Shown one piece after another: positions 39,241 to 51,879 of a stretch of DNA of 64,000 bases. Position numbers and translations under genes: made by a program. The DNA comes from Mobula birostris (lineage: Eukaryota), in assembly GCF_030028105.1 (NCBI RefSeq), contig NC_092372.1, positions 128,883,492-128,947,491 on the forward strand, read 5' to 3'. The notes beneath the pieces were generated by a model. The model had not been told where the DNA came from and made no database searches. It saw nothing but the letters and a program-made list of their open reading frames with translations. Each line of letters opens with the position of its first letter. Position 1 is the first letter of the stretch.

Positions 39241-40959
39241 TATTGTGTCTAATGGTCTATTGTGCACAATCTTCATTTACTTATAGTTGGTATAGATTGT
39301 GGAGTTCAACAAAAAAATTACCAACCTTAGGAGTGGGAGGAGCTAAATATGGTGCCAGCGGTTTTTGCGGACCTGGGTGGCTTCTTCCAGATTGGCCAGA
39401 AAACAGTTTAATTCCCCTCTTCTCGTGTTTCTTCTTTTCATTTTCAAGGTGGGTGGGGTCTTGTTGGAGTCCATGATCCACAGCTGTGCTCAGGTTACCA
39501 TTCCCCACAGGCGGTGGTTCTCACTCTCGGAACTCACCGAACAGCCTGGCGTTTTGATATCTCCAGGTGCAGCCGTGAAGATGTGCAACTTCGGGGTGGA
39601 TGACTCAATTCCGCGCCGCTGTCGCTGACTGAAGAATCACGGGAGATTGAAACATCAGGACAGCAGGCGGTGAGTGCAGTTGTTGGATGCTCCTGTACTT
39701 CAGTGATCTCTCTCTCTCTCACTGGTGAGTGGGAGTCTGTTAATCTTCAAGTCAGTGACTCGGACTTGACCTGAAGCTGCAGACTGTAACATCAAAACAG
39801 CCAGTTGTTGGCTTTCCCGCTCGCTGTAGCAGGAACGATAACTCCCTCTCCCTCCTTCATTAGTGAGAGAGAGAGTCTGTCTGAGATGCTGAAGTGTTGG
39901 GATGTACATTAGTTTTTGATGGGCTGTAGATCATGGTCTCCAGGCACTTTGCTATTGCCTGCATGGTGGGTGGTGGGAAGAGTGGTTAATGCTTTTGCTG
40001 GATTAAGTGGGAGGATGGAGGGGGAGAGTTGATGCTTTTGCTGCTGCGTGTGTTTGGGATGGTTCTAACATTTTCATTCTTTGGGGATTTTTTGCTCTGT
40101 TTCACGGATGTCTGTGAAGAGTAAGGATTTCAGGTTGTACGGTATACTGCATCCATTCCCTGATGTGGAATGGAACCATTGAGCCTCGTTCCCTATGATG
40201 GCACGTCTGTCAAATGAGAAGGTGGGCTTGCAGCTGCATTTCAGATGGTAGAACAATCAGGTGACCAGATGAGACACACAAATTTTTAGCACTCAGGATG
40301 TTGCCCACAGCTGTTGCAAAGGGTTGTGAAGCTTCATTCAAAGCAGAAAGTGAGAGAAATTTTTTGGATATTGCAAGATTATGGGGACGGTGTAAGAAAT
40401 TTGAACTGAAACAGAAGTTCTGTCATGATCTTACTGACTGACAGTTCAGGCTTGATGGGTTAAAATTTTACCTATAGAGTCAGAATTATTAATCAGTGCA
40501 GCATGGTCATTGGCCCTTCAGTCCAATAAGTCACTGCCAGCCAAGATGTCTATCTAAACTACTCCTGCTCCTATTTTGATGTTCTTGAGTTTTCTCCTTT
40601 TTTTTAATGCCCATTTATTTCAAGATTTATTCCAGGATGAATACCATGCAACCAGTTCTAGTGAGCTGATTGATTGCGGGAGTAACAATAAAATTATTTA
40701 GTCTGCATGTTTTGATTGCCTCTGGAGTGCTAAACGGAGCCATGTTTCTAACACACTCATTGCCATTACTTCCTTAATGGAATTCATGAAGGGTCTATTT
40801 GGTCTTCCACAGAAGTATTTTCTGTTTTTATTTCGGATTTCACCATCAACATTATTTTTTATGTTGATTACTTCCTTCTCTAGTTTCTGTATTAGCACCA
40901 AAATAAACATTTGGCATGAAACTGGCGAGTGTAAGTGTTTAGGAGCTCTTTCACATCTT

Positions 40960-41570
40960 AATCCAGACAAATGTGAGGTCATGAATTTTGGTAAGTTAAA
41001 GAGTGACAGGGCATATGCACCAAATGGTAGGACACTAAGGAATGTTGCTGAACAGTAGGGCTTTGGGGTCCAGGTTCATAGCTTGGTGAAAGTGACACCA
41101 CAGATGGATAGAGTAAAGAAGAAAGCATATGGTATTAATGCCTTCATAATTTGGGGCACAGAATATAAGAGATGGAATTTTACGAAACACTAGTTAGGCC
41201 ACACTTGGGGTGTTATATGTAGCTCTGGTCACCACTCGGTGGGAAGGATGTGAATGCACTGGAGAAAGTGAATTCACCAGAATGTTGCCACTTATGTGGA
41301 GAAAGTGATCAAGGTGGGCTTGTTTTCCTATAAATAAGGGAAATAGATGGAAGCACATAAGAGTGAAAGGCATAGATAGTCAAATTCCATTTTCCATGGT
41401 AAAGGTGCCAAAAGCAAGAGAGTGTAATTATACAGTGAAAGGAATGAATTTTAGAAGCAATTTTGAAGTGATTTTTTAAAAACTATATGAAGCAGTTGAT
41501 TTCTAGCATGCACTACCCAAGAAAGTGATAAAATCTGATACAGTCACCTATTTCAAAGGCAATTAGACTG
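40960..41570 (+). mobile_element. Old CR1 3' fragment
   Basis: NPDKCEVMNFG, LVRPHLG..WSP. Confidence 0.7.
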
Positions 41571-41911
41571 ACTCTAAAAAATAGTATTAAAGTAAATGGT
41601 CCTAACTAATGAGATTAGTATAGCTGAGCAAAAAGTCAGCATTAATGTGTTGGGCTATAAGGCTCAGCTCTGTGTTGTACAACCCTTTGACTGTGATAAA
41701 AGAGCTCACGCTATCATGCTGTACATCGTTGATGACGTCCCACTTGTAACCATGGAGTTCAACCAGACTAGGAGGGAAAGAAAACTCATTCCTAAGTGGA
41801 GTATAACAAAAAAAACAGGAATTCTGCGGATGCTGGAAATTCAAGCAACACACATCAAAGTTGCTGGTGAACGCAGCAGGCCAGACAGCATCTCTAGGAA
41901 GAGGTACAGTC

Positions 41912-42464
41912 GCCTCTTGCTCCCACCACGAATCCAAAGTACTCCACTGTCTCTGCACCTGTAAGCTCTATTATGTGGCGTGTGAGATGTTCATACTTTT
42001 CCTCCTTCTCCTTCCACGCCTTTTCTAGGGACAGATGGTTGTCCTCATATCTGATGGTCACGTCGACTATGGCCGCTTTCCCTCTCCTAACAAAGATCAG
42101 GTCCGACTTCTATAGCGATCCGTCCTCTGCTCTTATGTGAGGTTCGACGTACGCATCCCATCCAAGCTTACAGGCTTTGTCTTTCAATCTTTCAGCCACC
42201 TTGTTATGCCTCTTAATCCAGCTCCTTTTCACCTCCATGCATCTCCCGGAGTGTGGGCCAGGGTCTCATTGGCCACACCACATCTCCTACAAGTTTTCAC
42301 TCGATCTTTATCCCCTTTATTCCTTGTACACCGTGTTGGATACTGTCCACATCTTAGCAGCAAAGCATCCACTATCTGGTAGCCCTTCCAGCCTTTGTGG
42401 TTTTTCAGCCACCAATTAGATGGCTCATTATTCCTGAAGTCTCTGATTCCGGATCCCTGTATAG
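41912..42464 (-). pseudogene. R2 retrotransposon fragment (CCHC zinc knuckle plus restriction-like endonuclease)
   Basis: QGSGIRDFRNNEPSNWW..ALLLRCGQYPTR..CRRCGVANETLAH(frameshift)SGRC..IKRHNKV..EPHIR..*KSDLIFV..AIVDVTIRYE..EKEEKYEHL..FGFVVGARG. Confidence 0.9.
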
Positions 42465-43240
42465 TACGTGACTCCCTTGTCCATTCCTCCCCACCATCCC
42501 TGCCCAATGATCTCCCTCCTAGCACTTACCCTTGTAAGCGGAACAAGTGCTACACATGCCCTTACACTTCTTCCCTTACCACCATTCAGGGCCCCAGACG
42601 GTCCTTCCAGGTGAGGCGACAGTCCTTCACCTGTCAGTCAGCTGGGGTGATATACTGCGTCCGGTGCTCCCGATGTGGCCTTCTATATATTGGCGAGACC
42701 CAACGCAGACTGGGAGACCACTTTGCTGAACACCTACGCTCTGTCTGCCAGAGAAAGCAGGATCTACTGGTGACCACACATTTTAATTCCACATCCCATT
42801 CCTATTCTTACATGTCTATCCACGGCCTCCTCTACAGTAAAGGTGAAACCACACTCAGGTTGGAGGAACAACACCTTATATTCTGTCTGGGTAGCCTCCA
42901 ACCTGATGGCATGAATATTGACTTCTCTAACTTCCGCTAATGCCCCACCTCCCCCTCGTACCCCATCCGTTATTTATTTTTATACACACATTCCTTTTCT
43001 CACTTTCCTTTTTCTCCCTCTGTCCCTCTGACTTATACCCCTTGCCCATCCTCTGGGTTCCTCCCCCTTTCCCCTTTTCCTTCTCCCTGGGCCTCCTGTC
43101 CCATGATCCTCTCATATCCCCTTTGCCAATCACCTGTCCAGCTCTTGGCTCCATCCCTCCCCCTCCTGTCTTCTCCTATCATTTTAGATCTCCCCCCTCC
43201 CCCTCCCACTTTCAAACCTCTTACTAACTCTTCCTTCAGT

Positions 43241-43278
43241 TAGTCCTGACGAAGGGTCTCCGCCTGAAACGTCGACTG
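43241..43278 (+). ncRNA. Minimal type I hammerhead ribozyme in the PLE pseudo-LTR, core intact
   Basis: Stem I TAGTC/GACTG, core CTGACGA (43246-52), short stem II, GAAAC-GTC; predicted cleavage after 43273. Confidence 0.85.
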
Positions 43279-46200
43279 TACATCTTCCTGGAGATGCTGC
43301 CAGGCCTGCTGTGTTCACCAGCAACTTTGATGCGTGTTGCTGGAGTATAATAAAACAGCTTCAGCCAGAAGAACCTTCACTCTTCCTCCAGATGTTTGTG
43401 CAGATGATATGGAATAGGATGACTGGACACACTTTCAGCCAAAGAACCCCAAGTGGATACAATGGTCATTGTAGTTAGAACATCAGTCATCCTTCCACCT
43501 TTGACAGCATTCCTTTTGTAGTCTCTTGGGGTCATCTTCAGAAGTCCTTCTGCAGTTCAGATTCTTTTTCATCCAGTAAGAAGCTCCTTTGAACAAATGT
43601 TTACTCACTTATCCTAGTAATTCCTTCTTTGGCTTGCTACAGTCCCTTCTATTCACCCCAGAATACTACATATGGGTGCTCTGTCAAACCATTGTGACAT
43701 ACCCTGCAGGTGAGGCACCAAATTTAGAGACTTCAGGATTCATTTCAATGGAGCCAAGGCAAGGTGACAAGCTAGTTATGGAAAACTGCTGAAATCAGGC
43801 CATTTCTAGCCCAGTGCTCTCCTGTTTGTTTGTTGCTCCAGATTCCATTATCTGTGGTTTCTTGTATCTCCAAAATCAATTTGTATCTTGAAGTGAAAAG
43901 CAAGCTGCTGCAGGAAGTCAGACAGGTCAATGTGGGAATGGGAAGAGGAGTTAAAATGGTGGAAAGTCACAGAGAGTGGTCCCTGCAGAAAGCAGAAGGG
44001 AGTTTGGGAGAGAAGATGGGATCAGCGGTGGGATCCTTTGTACCTGGCAGGAATGAAGGATGATGCACTCACTATATGCTAGTAAGGCAGAAGGTGAAAG
44101 AAACAACTTGTGTTTTCTATTGTGTCTCTATTTGTATCTTCTTGGCAGGAATCCAAGTGCATTAGAATGAATATCACATTATTGCCAAGTTCTGCAGTAC
44201 AGTCCAGAGTTAATAAGCTTTTCTGCAAAAGAGCTCTTTCTACAGCCACATTTTACCAATATCTTCCCAAGTGCATTGCAATGACTTTTCTTTAAGTCCT
44301 TATAATCTACAAATCTTATTTTTATTTACCAATGTTCTTAAAATACCTTTAAAGTTCTCCATTGTAAGTATGAATGCCATTGATTCCATCACTAACTGAA
44401 TTGGCCTGTTTAAAAATGCATGTGAATGCAGCTTTTGAATGACTGGGAATAAATCCAACTGTGGCAGAAAGTGATACCTTGCTTACAGAAAGTTTGATGT
44501 ACAAGCACTGATATTTTGCTCATTGAACAAGCAACTGGAGAGAAATGTGGAAATCTGCTAAATCATATTGATAAGAGAGAGACAAGGAGCAGCCTATTCT
44601 CTACAGCAATTTCTGCGTGAAAATATTATGTCCTGCAGAGAAAAGAAAAGCCATTCCTATTTGCTCGGTACATTCTACATACATTGTCAGAATTAGAAAT
44701 GGAAAATTTAAGATCATATTATATGCCGTTGATTTGAACTAACTCTTTGATTCCCATTCATCAAGTGGCATTACCATTACTTTGGCCACCATTCTTTAAA
44801 ATCTTAATGTCCTCCTACCAAAAATAAAGTACAAAGTCATCCACTTTTGACTGGCAAAAAGAATAGTTCAAATTATTTACAAAATGGTCAAAGTTGAGAG
44901 AGAGAGAGAGGTTTTCCCTTTAACAGACTATGATCTATTTTCTTTGCTTGTTGATATCACAGATACTTACATGTTTCATATTAATCTATCAGTTGTATTG
45001 TATCATACTGCTCTGTTTTGTATTCTACTAGCTCGATTGTACCTGTCCTTATGTTTCATGTTTACACTTATCTAGTCCAAACCTCATGTTTCTATCTTTT
45101 GAAAATAGTTCTACTACTTGAATTATTTGCTCTAGCTTTGCTGATGAGGGACTGTATAATTTCAAATAGCCTCATTATTATTATCATTATTTGTTTTTTA
45201 TTAAGTTGCACAGTTTGTCTTTTATACATTGGTTGTTTGTCAGTCTTCCTGTGTACATTGATTCTATTGTATTTCTTGGTTCTACTCTGAATATCTGCAA
45301 GAAAATGAATCTCGGTAGTATATGGTGACATACACATACTTTAATAAATTTATTTGAACTTGTTCAACCCTGTGTTATCACTGAAACTTTCCTTTACAGC
45401 TAAACATTTTGTGCAATATCCACCAGCAAAAATTTCCTTCTGATAAAGGCAAGTCTGAAAACTTCTCTTCAGCAATGCCACTACAAACTCTGCTCTCAGC
45501 CATACTCTACACATGAAAAGTGACTAAAAGCAAACCAATTTGCTTGCAACCTTGCCATCAGACTTATTTCAACGTTAAGCATCAGACAAGATATCCACAC
45601 CAACGCTACCTCTATAACATCAGCAACACTGCTCCCGCTTCAGTTCAATCGCAGTCCGAAACCTCCATCCATGTCTTTGTCCCACAGACTGTCTCTGGGT
45701 TATAAACACCCAGTTTAGTGGCACCCGCGTATGAACCAGCTCCATTAAATTACTATGAAAATTGAATGTATGACATACAGACACAAAATGCTTCCGATGA
45801 ACTTCAGGATGAGTTTCCTTTCGCCCTCCAATTTAAGTAATGTTCTTTCTTAATATTTCAATTCTTCCTGATGCCATTAATTGCAATACATTGGAGGCAT
45901 GATTAAAATAGATTGATTTTATGTATTTTCCTATTTACGACCAAGGACATCTATAAAAATGGAACATGTGCATTACTCAAGGTCAACATATATTTTGACT
46001 ATTTCAGTGCACTCAAACAGTTTCCTTTGTTCCTCTTTTCCATTTTCCTGCAGCCATCCACTACCTTGCACGAATGCACCTGCTGGTCCAATTTGGCTCC
46101 CAGTTAAGTAATAACAGGACTCTTTGTTTTCACACTCCTTCCTTTCAAACTTCAGTTGTACCTGATCAGATCTGTACTAAGGCCCGATGTGCCAATGTGG

Positions 46201-47160
46201 AGGAAAGACAGAGTCGGTGCCTGATATTGATGCAAGACAGGGCCTGCACTGGGTTAAGAGGCACAGTGATAGTTGGTAGATCATGGAATACCTGATACCA
46301 TCACGTTGATAAATGATCTTCAAAGGGATTTGGGCCGTGGAGTCGGAAGATCACAAGGTCAGGGGAGATGGAGATAAGGCTTTGATGAAGGGGATTGGTA
46401 CATTATTATACATGTAGGGAAGGGGGAGTTGGGTACATTGTAGTTGATGTATTGAATTGAATTGACTTTATTACTTACATCCTTCACATACATGAGGAGT
46501 AAAAGTCTTTATGTTACATCTCTATCTAAATGTGCAATGCGCAATCATAGTAATTTATAATAATTTATAATAAACAGAACAGTCAATGTAACCTAGAAAT
46601 ACACTCAAATCAGCGTGAGTTAATCAGGCTGATGGCCTGGTGGAAGAAGCTGTCCTGGAGCCTGTTGGTCCTGTCTTTTGTGCCGCGGTACCATTTCCCA
46701 GATGGTAGAGGCTGGAATAGATTGTGGTTGGGGTGACTCAGGTCCCCAATGATCCTTTGGACCCTTTTTTCACACCTGTCTTCGTAAATGTCCTGAATCA
46801 TGGGAAGTGCACAACTACAGAGGCGCTGGCCTGTCCCCACCACTCTCTGCAGGGTCCTGCGATTAAAGGAGGTACAGTTCCCATATCAGGCAGTGATGCT
46901 CTCAATTGTACCCCTATAGAAATTTCTTAGGATTTGGGGACCTATATCAAACTTCTTCAACCGTCTGAGATGAAAGAGGCACTGTTGTGCTTTTTCTCTA
47001 CACAGCTGGTAGGTACAAACCACGTGAGATCCTTGGTGATGTTTATGCCGAGGAACTTAAAGCTGTTTACCCTCTCAACCCCAGATCCATTGATGTCAAT
47101 AGGTGCTAGCCTGTCTCCATTCCTCCTGTAGTCCACAACCAGCTCCTTTATTTTATTTTA

Positions 47161-47248
47161 AGGTTAGGGTTAACCCTAACCCTAGCCCTAGCCCTAAACC
47201 TAACCCTAACCCTAGCCCTAACCCTGACCCTAACCCTAGCCCTAATCC
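47161..47248. repeat. Interstitial telomere-like repeat with head-to-head junction
   Basis: GGTTAGGGTT|AACCCTAACC followed by about 12 CCCTAA/CCCTAG/CCCTGA units. Confidence 0.85.
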
Positions 47249-47351
47249 TCAATTTTTGCAACATTGAGGGAGAAGTTGTTTTCTTAACATCACTGCGTCA
47301 GGGTGATGACTTCTTCTCTGTAGGCTGCCTTGTTATTATTTGAGATTAGGT

Positions 47352-47858
47352 CATACTATCTGGTATGGGGGGACTATTGTACAGGACCAATAGAAGCTGC
47401 AGAGGGTTGCAAATCTAGTCAGCTCCATCTTGGGTACTAGCCTACAAAGTAGCCAGAACATCTTCAGGAAGCGGTATCTCAGAAAGGTAGCGTCCATTAT
47501 TAAAGAACTCCAACACCCAGGGCATGCCCTTTTCTCACTGTTACCATCAGGTAGGAGGTACAGAAGCCTGAAGGCACACACTCAGTGATTCAGGAACAGC
47601 TTCTTCCCCTCTGCCGTCCGATTCCTAAATGGACATTGAACCCTTGGACACCACCTCATTTTTTTTAATATACAGTATTTCTGTTTTTGCACAATTTTTA
47701 ATCTATTCAATATACATGTACTGTAATTGATTGATATATTTATTTATTAGTATTTTTATTTTATTTCTTCTATATTATGTATTGCATTGAACTGCTGCTA
47801 CTAAGTTAACAAATTTCACGTCACATGCCAACGATAATAAACCTGATTCTGATTCTGA
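47352..47858 (+). mobile_element. Rex1/Babar 3' end (same subfamily as 36188-37120)
   Basis: HPGHALFSLLPSGRRYRSLKAHT; (GATTCT)n tail. Confidence 0.9.
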
Positions 47859-48339
47859 ATCAGTGTAGTGTCATCAGCAATATTAATTAGCAGATTGGAG
47901 TTGAGGGTTGTGACCCAGCCATGGGTATACAGAGAATAAAGGAGGGGGCTTAGTACACAGCCCTAAAGGGCACCTGTGTTGAGGGTCAGAGGGGAAGAGG
48001 TGAGGTAGCCCACTCTTACCACCTGCCGGGAATGATCTGACAGGAAGTCCAGGATCGAGCTGCACAAGGCAGGGTGAAGTCTGAGGTCTCTGAGCTTCCT
48101 GTCGAGCCTGAGGGGAATTATGGTGTTGAATGCCGAACTGTAGTCCAAGAACAGCATTCTCACATAAGCATCCTTCTTCTCCAGATGTGTCAGAATGGTG
48201 TCCAGTTTGGCTGTACTCTGGAAAGGACGGGCTTCCCAGAAGAACTTAACTATAGCTACTTCCAGGAGAGTGCAGCCTGAATCCCAAGCAATCCATCAAA
48301 AGGAATGCCCATCAAATTTCCCAGTGATACTAAATGAAC

Positions 48340-49062
48340 CGGATATGAGAGGGGAAAGGGGATGGGGAATGGGGATGGGGGCACTACCAGAAGTTCGAGA
48401 GATCAATACTCATATACCGTATCCTTGCTCCTGGTGTGGCCTCCTGTATATCGCTGAGACCCGAAATAGATCGAGGGACTCCTTCACTGAGCACCTATGG
48501 TCCGTCTTCCAGAAAAAGCAGAATATCTCAGTGGCCACCCATTTTAGTTCCACTTCCCATTCCCATTCTAATATGTCCATCCATGGCCTTTTCTGTCATG
48601 ATGAGGCCACAGGTTGGAGGAACAACACCTTATATTTTGTCTGTGTAGCCTCCAACCTGATGGTATGAACATCAATTTCTCAAACGTCTGTAATCTGCTA
48701 CCCCTACACCATTCCCCACCCCCTTTACCCTCACTTACTTTATCACCTTGCCTGCCCATCACCTTCCTCTAATGTTCCTGTCCCTTTTCTTTCTTCCATG
48801 GCGTTCTGTCCTCTTCTTCAGACTCCCTCTCTCCAGCCCTGTATCTCTTTCACAAATCAACTTCCCAGCTCTTTACTTCATCCCTTACCCTTCAGGTTTC
48901 ACCAAACAACTTGTCTTTCTCTCTCCCCTCCCCCACCTTTAAAGTCTACTCCTCTTCTTTTTCTCTCCAGTCCTGCTGAAGGGTCTTGGCCTGAAACATT
49001 GACAGTACTCTTTTCCATGGGTGCTGCCTGGCCTGCTGAGTTCCTCCGGCATTTTGTGTGTG
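48340..49062 (+). mobile_element. Penelope-like 3' end with 5' inversion and mutated hammerhead
   Basis: CSWCGLLYIAET..EHL..VATHF; inverted GIY-YIG tail at ~48340-48410; CAGTC-CTGCTGA..GAAACATT at ~48968-49000. Confidence 0.85.
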
Positions 49063-51879
49063 TTACTCTCCTTTTAAATTCTTCATTGAAGTGAAAATTT
49101 TAACACACCTTACATTGCTTCGTCACTCAAATTTTTCATCATTTTGGAAACTCACAAGTGAAAAAAAACACCACTTTCTTCACAGTGTGTCAGTTGGGTC
49201 TCAGAATATTTTAATGTGTTTCCATAGAAACCTTCAGGAGAAATATTGCACTCAATTATTTTCAACACCAGCAATTGCAGTCTCTTTCCAGAGACAGGAA
49301 ATGTCGTATATTAACTGGAAGGTGGCGCCAGGAGTGCTAATGCAGATCCTAATAAATCTGATGTCCAGGTAATAGTCAGGAATAGATAGTAGATAAACTC
49401 AAGTAAAATCTGAAAAATACTATTTAAGTTTGGTGAAGGTCTTTTATCTTGGTATGTCAACATTGTCTCTCTTTCCACAGATGCGGCTTGACCTAATGAA
49501 TCCTTCCAGTATTTTCTGTTCTTATGTTATAGCTGCCAGGAGAAGTGGAGGAGGCAGATAGAATTACATTGTCTGAAAGGTTAGGAAAGGCTTATAAGAA
49601 TTTGGGCCTTATGTGTGTAATGGGAATAGTTATGTCAATTGCCTGACGAGATGGTGAAACAGCCTGCTCTGTGCTGCATGATTATGTAATAACCTTTTCT
49701 GTGCTTAAACAAGGATTGCCTTTTAACTTGGTTGCTAGTAGCATAGCTTGGTGTGTTCAGGGAGAGGAAGAAGCTCTGGTGAAGGGACTTGTCATGCCCA
49801 TTCTGGGGCAGCTCTCTCACCTTTTGTCCCCACCGGATGCTCAGCTCCAAGCCGCAGTCTGCATTCGACAGCAGCCATACCCCAATACACTGCTTCGGCA
49901 GGTAGGCTAAACCAGGTGAAGGGTAGCTGGCAGCCTCACACCACAGTGAGATAGGTACATGCAAAGTCAACTCCAGTGCACTGAGCAGACAAGATCTACA
50001 GAGAGATCCAACAGCTAGAACAGCAGTACTGTAACACTCCATGGAGAATGAAAGGCATGACAAGGCTCAATGGATGTCATAGTCATCCACTGCAACACAG
50101 GAAGATCCTAACTTTGTGATGCTTGTTTGTGCGGCTGGACCCAGACTTCTGAAGTTGAGAGAGTGGAACTGCCCCAGTGCAATACCGTCTCCACTTTAAA
50201 AACTCTCCTGCATAGGTTTCTTGTCATCATTGGACACAGTTGGATTTTGGAAATCCTTTGTGTTTTCAAAATCGTTTTTTAATTTGAAGGTGTTTTAGAA
50301 AACCTCTGAGTTTTGAAAGTGTTTTAAGAAATTTGTTTTATTCAAGAGGGTGGAGAAACAGGAGACTAGCAGGGGAGTGTTGGAGAAATTGGGGAAAGTG
50401 TATAAGGGGAGATTGGGTAGGCTTGGTTTATTTTCACTGGAGTAAAGGAGGCCGAGAGGTGACGTGATAGAGGTGTGCCTAACGAGCCTGACAGCTCCCT
50501 TACAGTCATACAGCTTTTGCCACTTAGTGACATCACATACATGTGATATTTTTACAGATGCCTTGCTGATGGAATACACAAATCTTGCACTGTTCATAGA
50601 TCAGCTATTTGATGTACTAAGTGGTAATAGCAATCGGGTCTGCAAACCTCCTTGAACTAAATAACTTAGCCAGTGTTGGCTAGTTTGATACAGGCCAATT
50701 AACATAACCCCATTGCCTTACTTTGTGGTGAGCCAGAAATATGTGTTCTATAGACAGTGCTGTTTGTTTGCTAATCTATCCTTTTAGTTTCAGACTGACT
50801 ATTGCGGTTACATTAAGGACTTTGCCCAAGGGTGACCTGCAGGCTAGCAGAGGAATGGAACGGCTCATACATATTTTGGTAGTGACATATCTACACCCCA
50901 CTACCCATGGGATTGGTGTGGATTAGTAAAAGGGTTGGCATGTGTGCTCTAGAGCTGTATGTCAAATCATCCCGATGTCTTAAAAATGGGTGTGTGATTG
51001 ATCAATGCGTATTGCTGTCATGCTCACAGCATTGAAATAGAGGGAGTGCAGCTTGCACCAATCAAATTGTTCGTTAGTTTAGCACATTGGAAAGGGGTGC
51101 AATTTCAAGGGTGGCTAACATAATTTAAAATGAAACTGTGCTTCTTAAACTATGACTCCGGCTGGTCCTGCCGGGCATTCTGGAGCACAGCCTGACCCAG
51201 CAGACCTCCAGGCATGATGTAGCTCATGACCCAGTGTATTCATTGTTTTCCTAAGCTTCTTTGGAGGCTTTAAGAGGAAGCTTTGCAATATAGGAAAGGT
51301 CTGCAAGGTAGGAAAGCGTGTATCAAACCTGGAGTCTCTGGTGTGTTGTCTTCATGTTGAGGCTTCCACACAAAGTTCTTTGCTACATAAAACATCATCT
51401 CTATATTCTTTACCAATATTGTAAAATTCCAGCTTGCAACCTGTAATCATTGAATCATAGAAAAATCCAGCAGAAGATAATCAGCAAATAAGCTGGAATG
51501 TTGCCTTCAAGTATCGATGGTGATGAAAGCATGGTGGACTGTGCAAAGTTTACAGACTGCTTCACCTGAAACATTGAACTCCAGTTTGCAAGTGTTGTCA
51601 TTTAACCAGCATTGCATGCTGACTATTGGTATTTCCCCTCTACCCACTCATCATCAGCAGCTCTGCCATTAGAATTGTTTCAATATTCAGGTTCCTGGTC
51701 ATCATTTTCCACAGGACCTCATGTGGGAGAACCATGTCTCCTTCATCGACAAAAAGGCTCTGCAGAGGATCTACTTCTTGCAGCAATTAGTAATATTCCA
51801 TCTTCACCAGAACATACTGGTGTAGTTCTACACTGCCATCTTTCAAAGCTTCCTCACATCAACACCACTGTTTGTTGTG

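Larger units (their letters stand above)
41807..43340 (+). mobile_element. Penelope-like composite insertion: inverted pLTR (41807-41911), captured R2 fragment, GIY-YIG end and direct pLTR
   Basis: 10-bp TSD TGGAGTATAA (41797-41806 / 43341-43350); GIY-YIG CKRNKCYTCP..FTCQSAGVIYCVRCSRCGLLYIGETQRRLGDHFAEH..EQHLIFCLGSLQPDGMNIDF at 42465-42940. Confidence 0.93.
46450..48200 (-). mobile_element. Rex1/Babar 3' half with a nested telomeric tract and a nested plus-strand Rex fragment
   Basis: Colinear with 779-2050; [16 protein letters not shown]; (TCAAT)n tail. Confidence 0.9.

Noticed and set aside
41600-43620. Coding sequence disrupted by the PLE insertion (minus strand ..HPIPYHLHKHLEEE..FYYTPLRNEF..)
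   Set aside because: The rejoined frame has stops and only a faint Gypsy-pol-like phrase
47161-47248. Ancestral chromosome end-to-end fusion site
   Set aside because: The same Rex1 copy continues on both sides and the tract is under 100 bp
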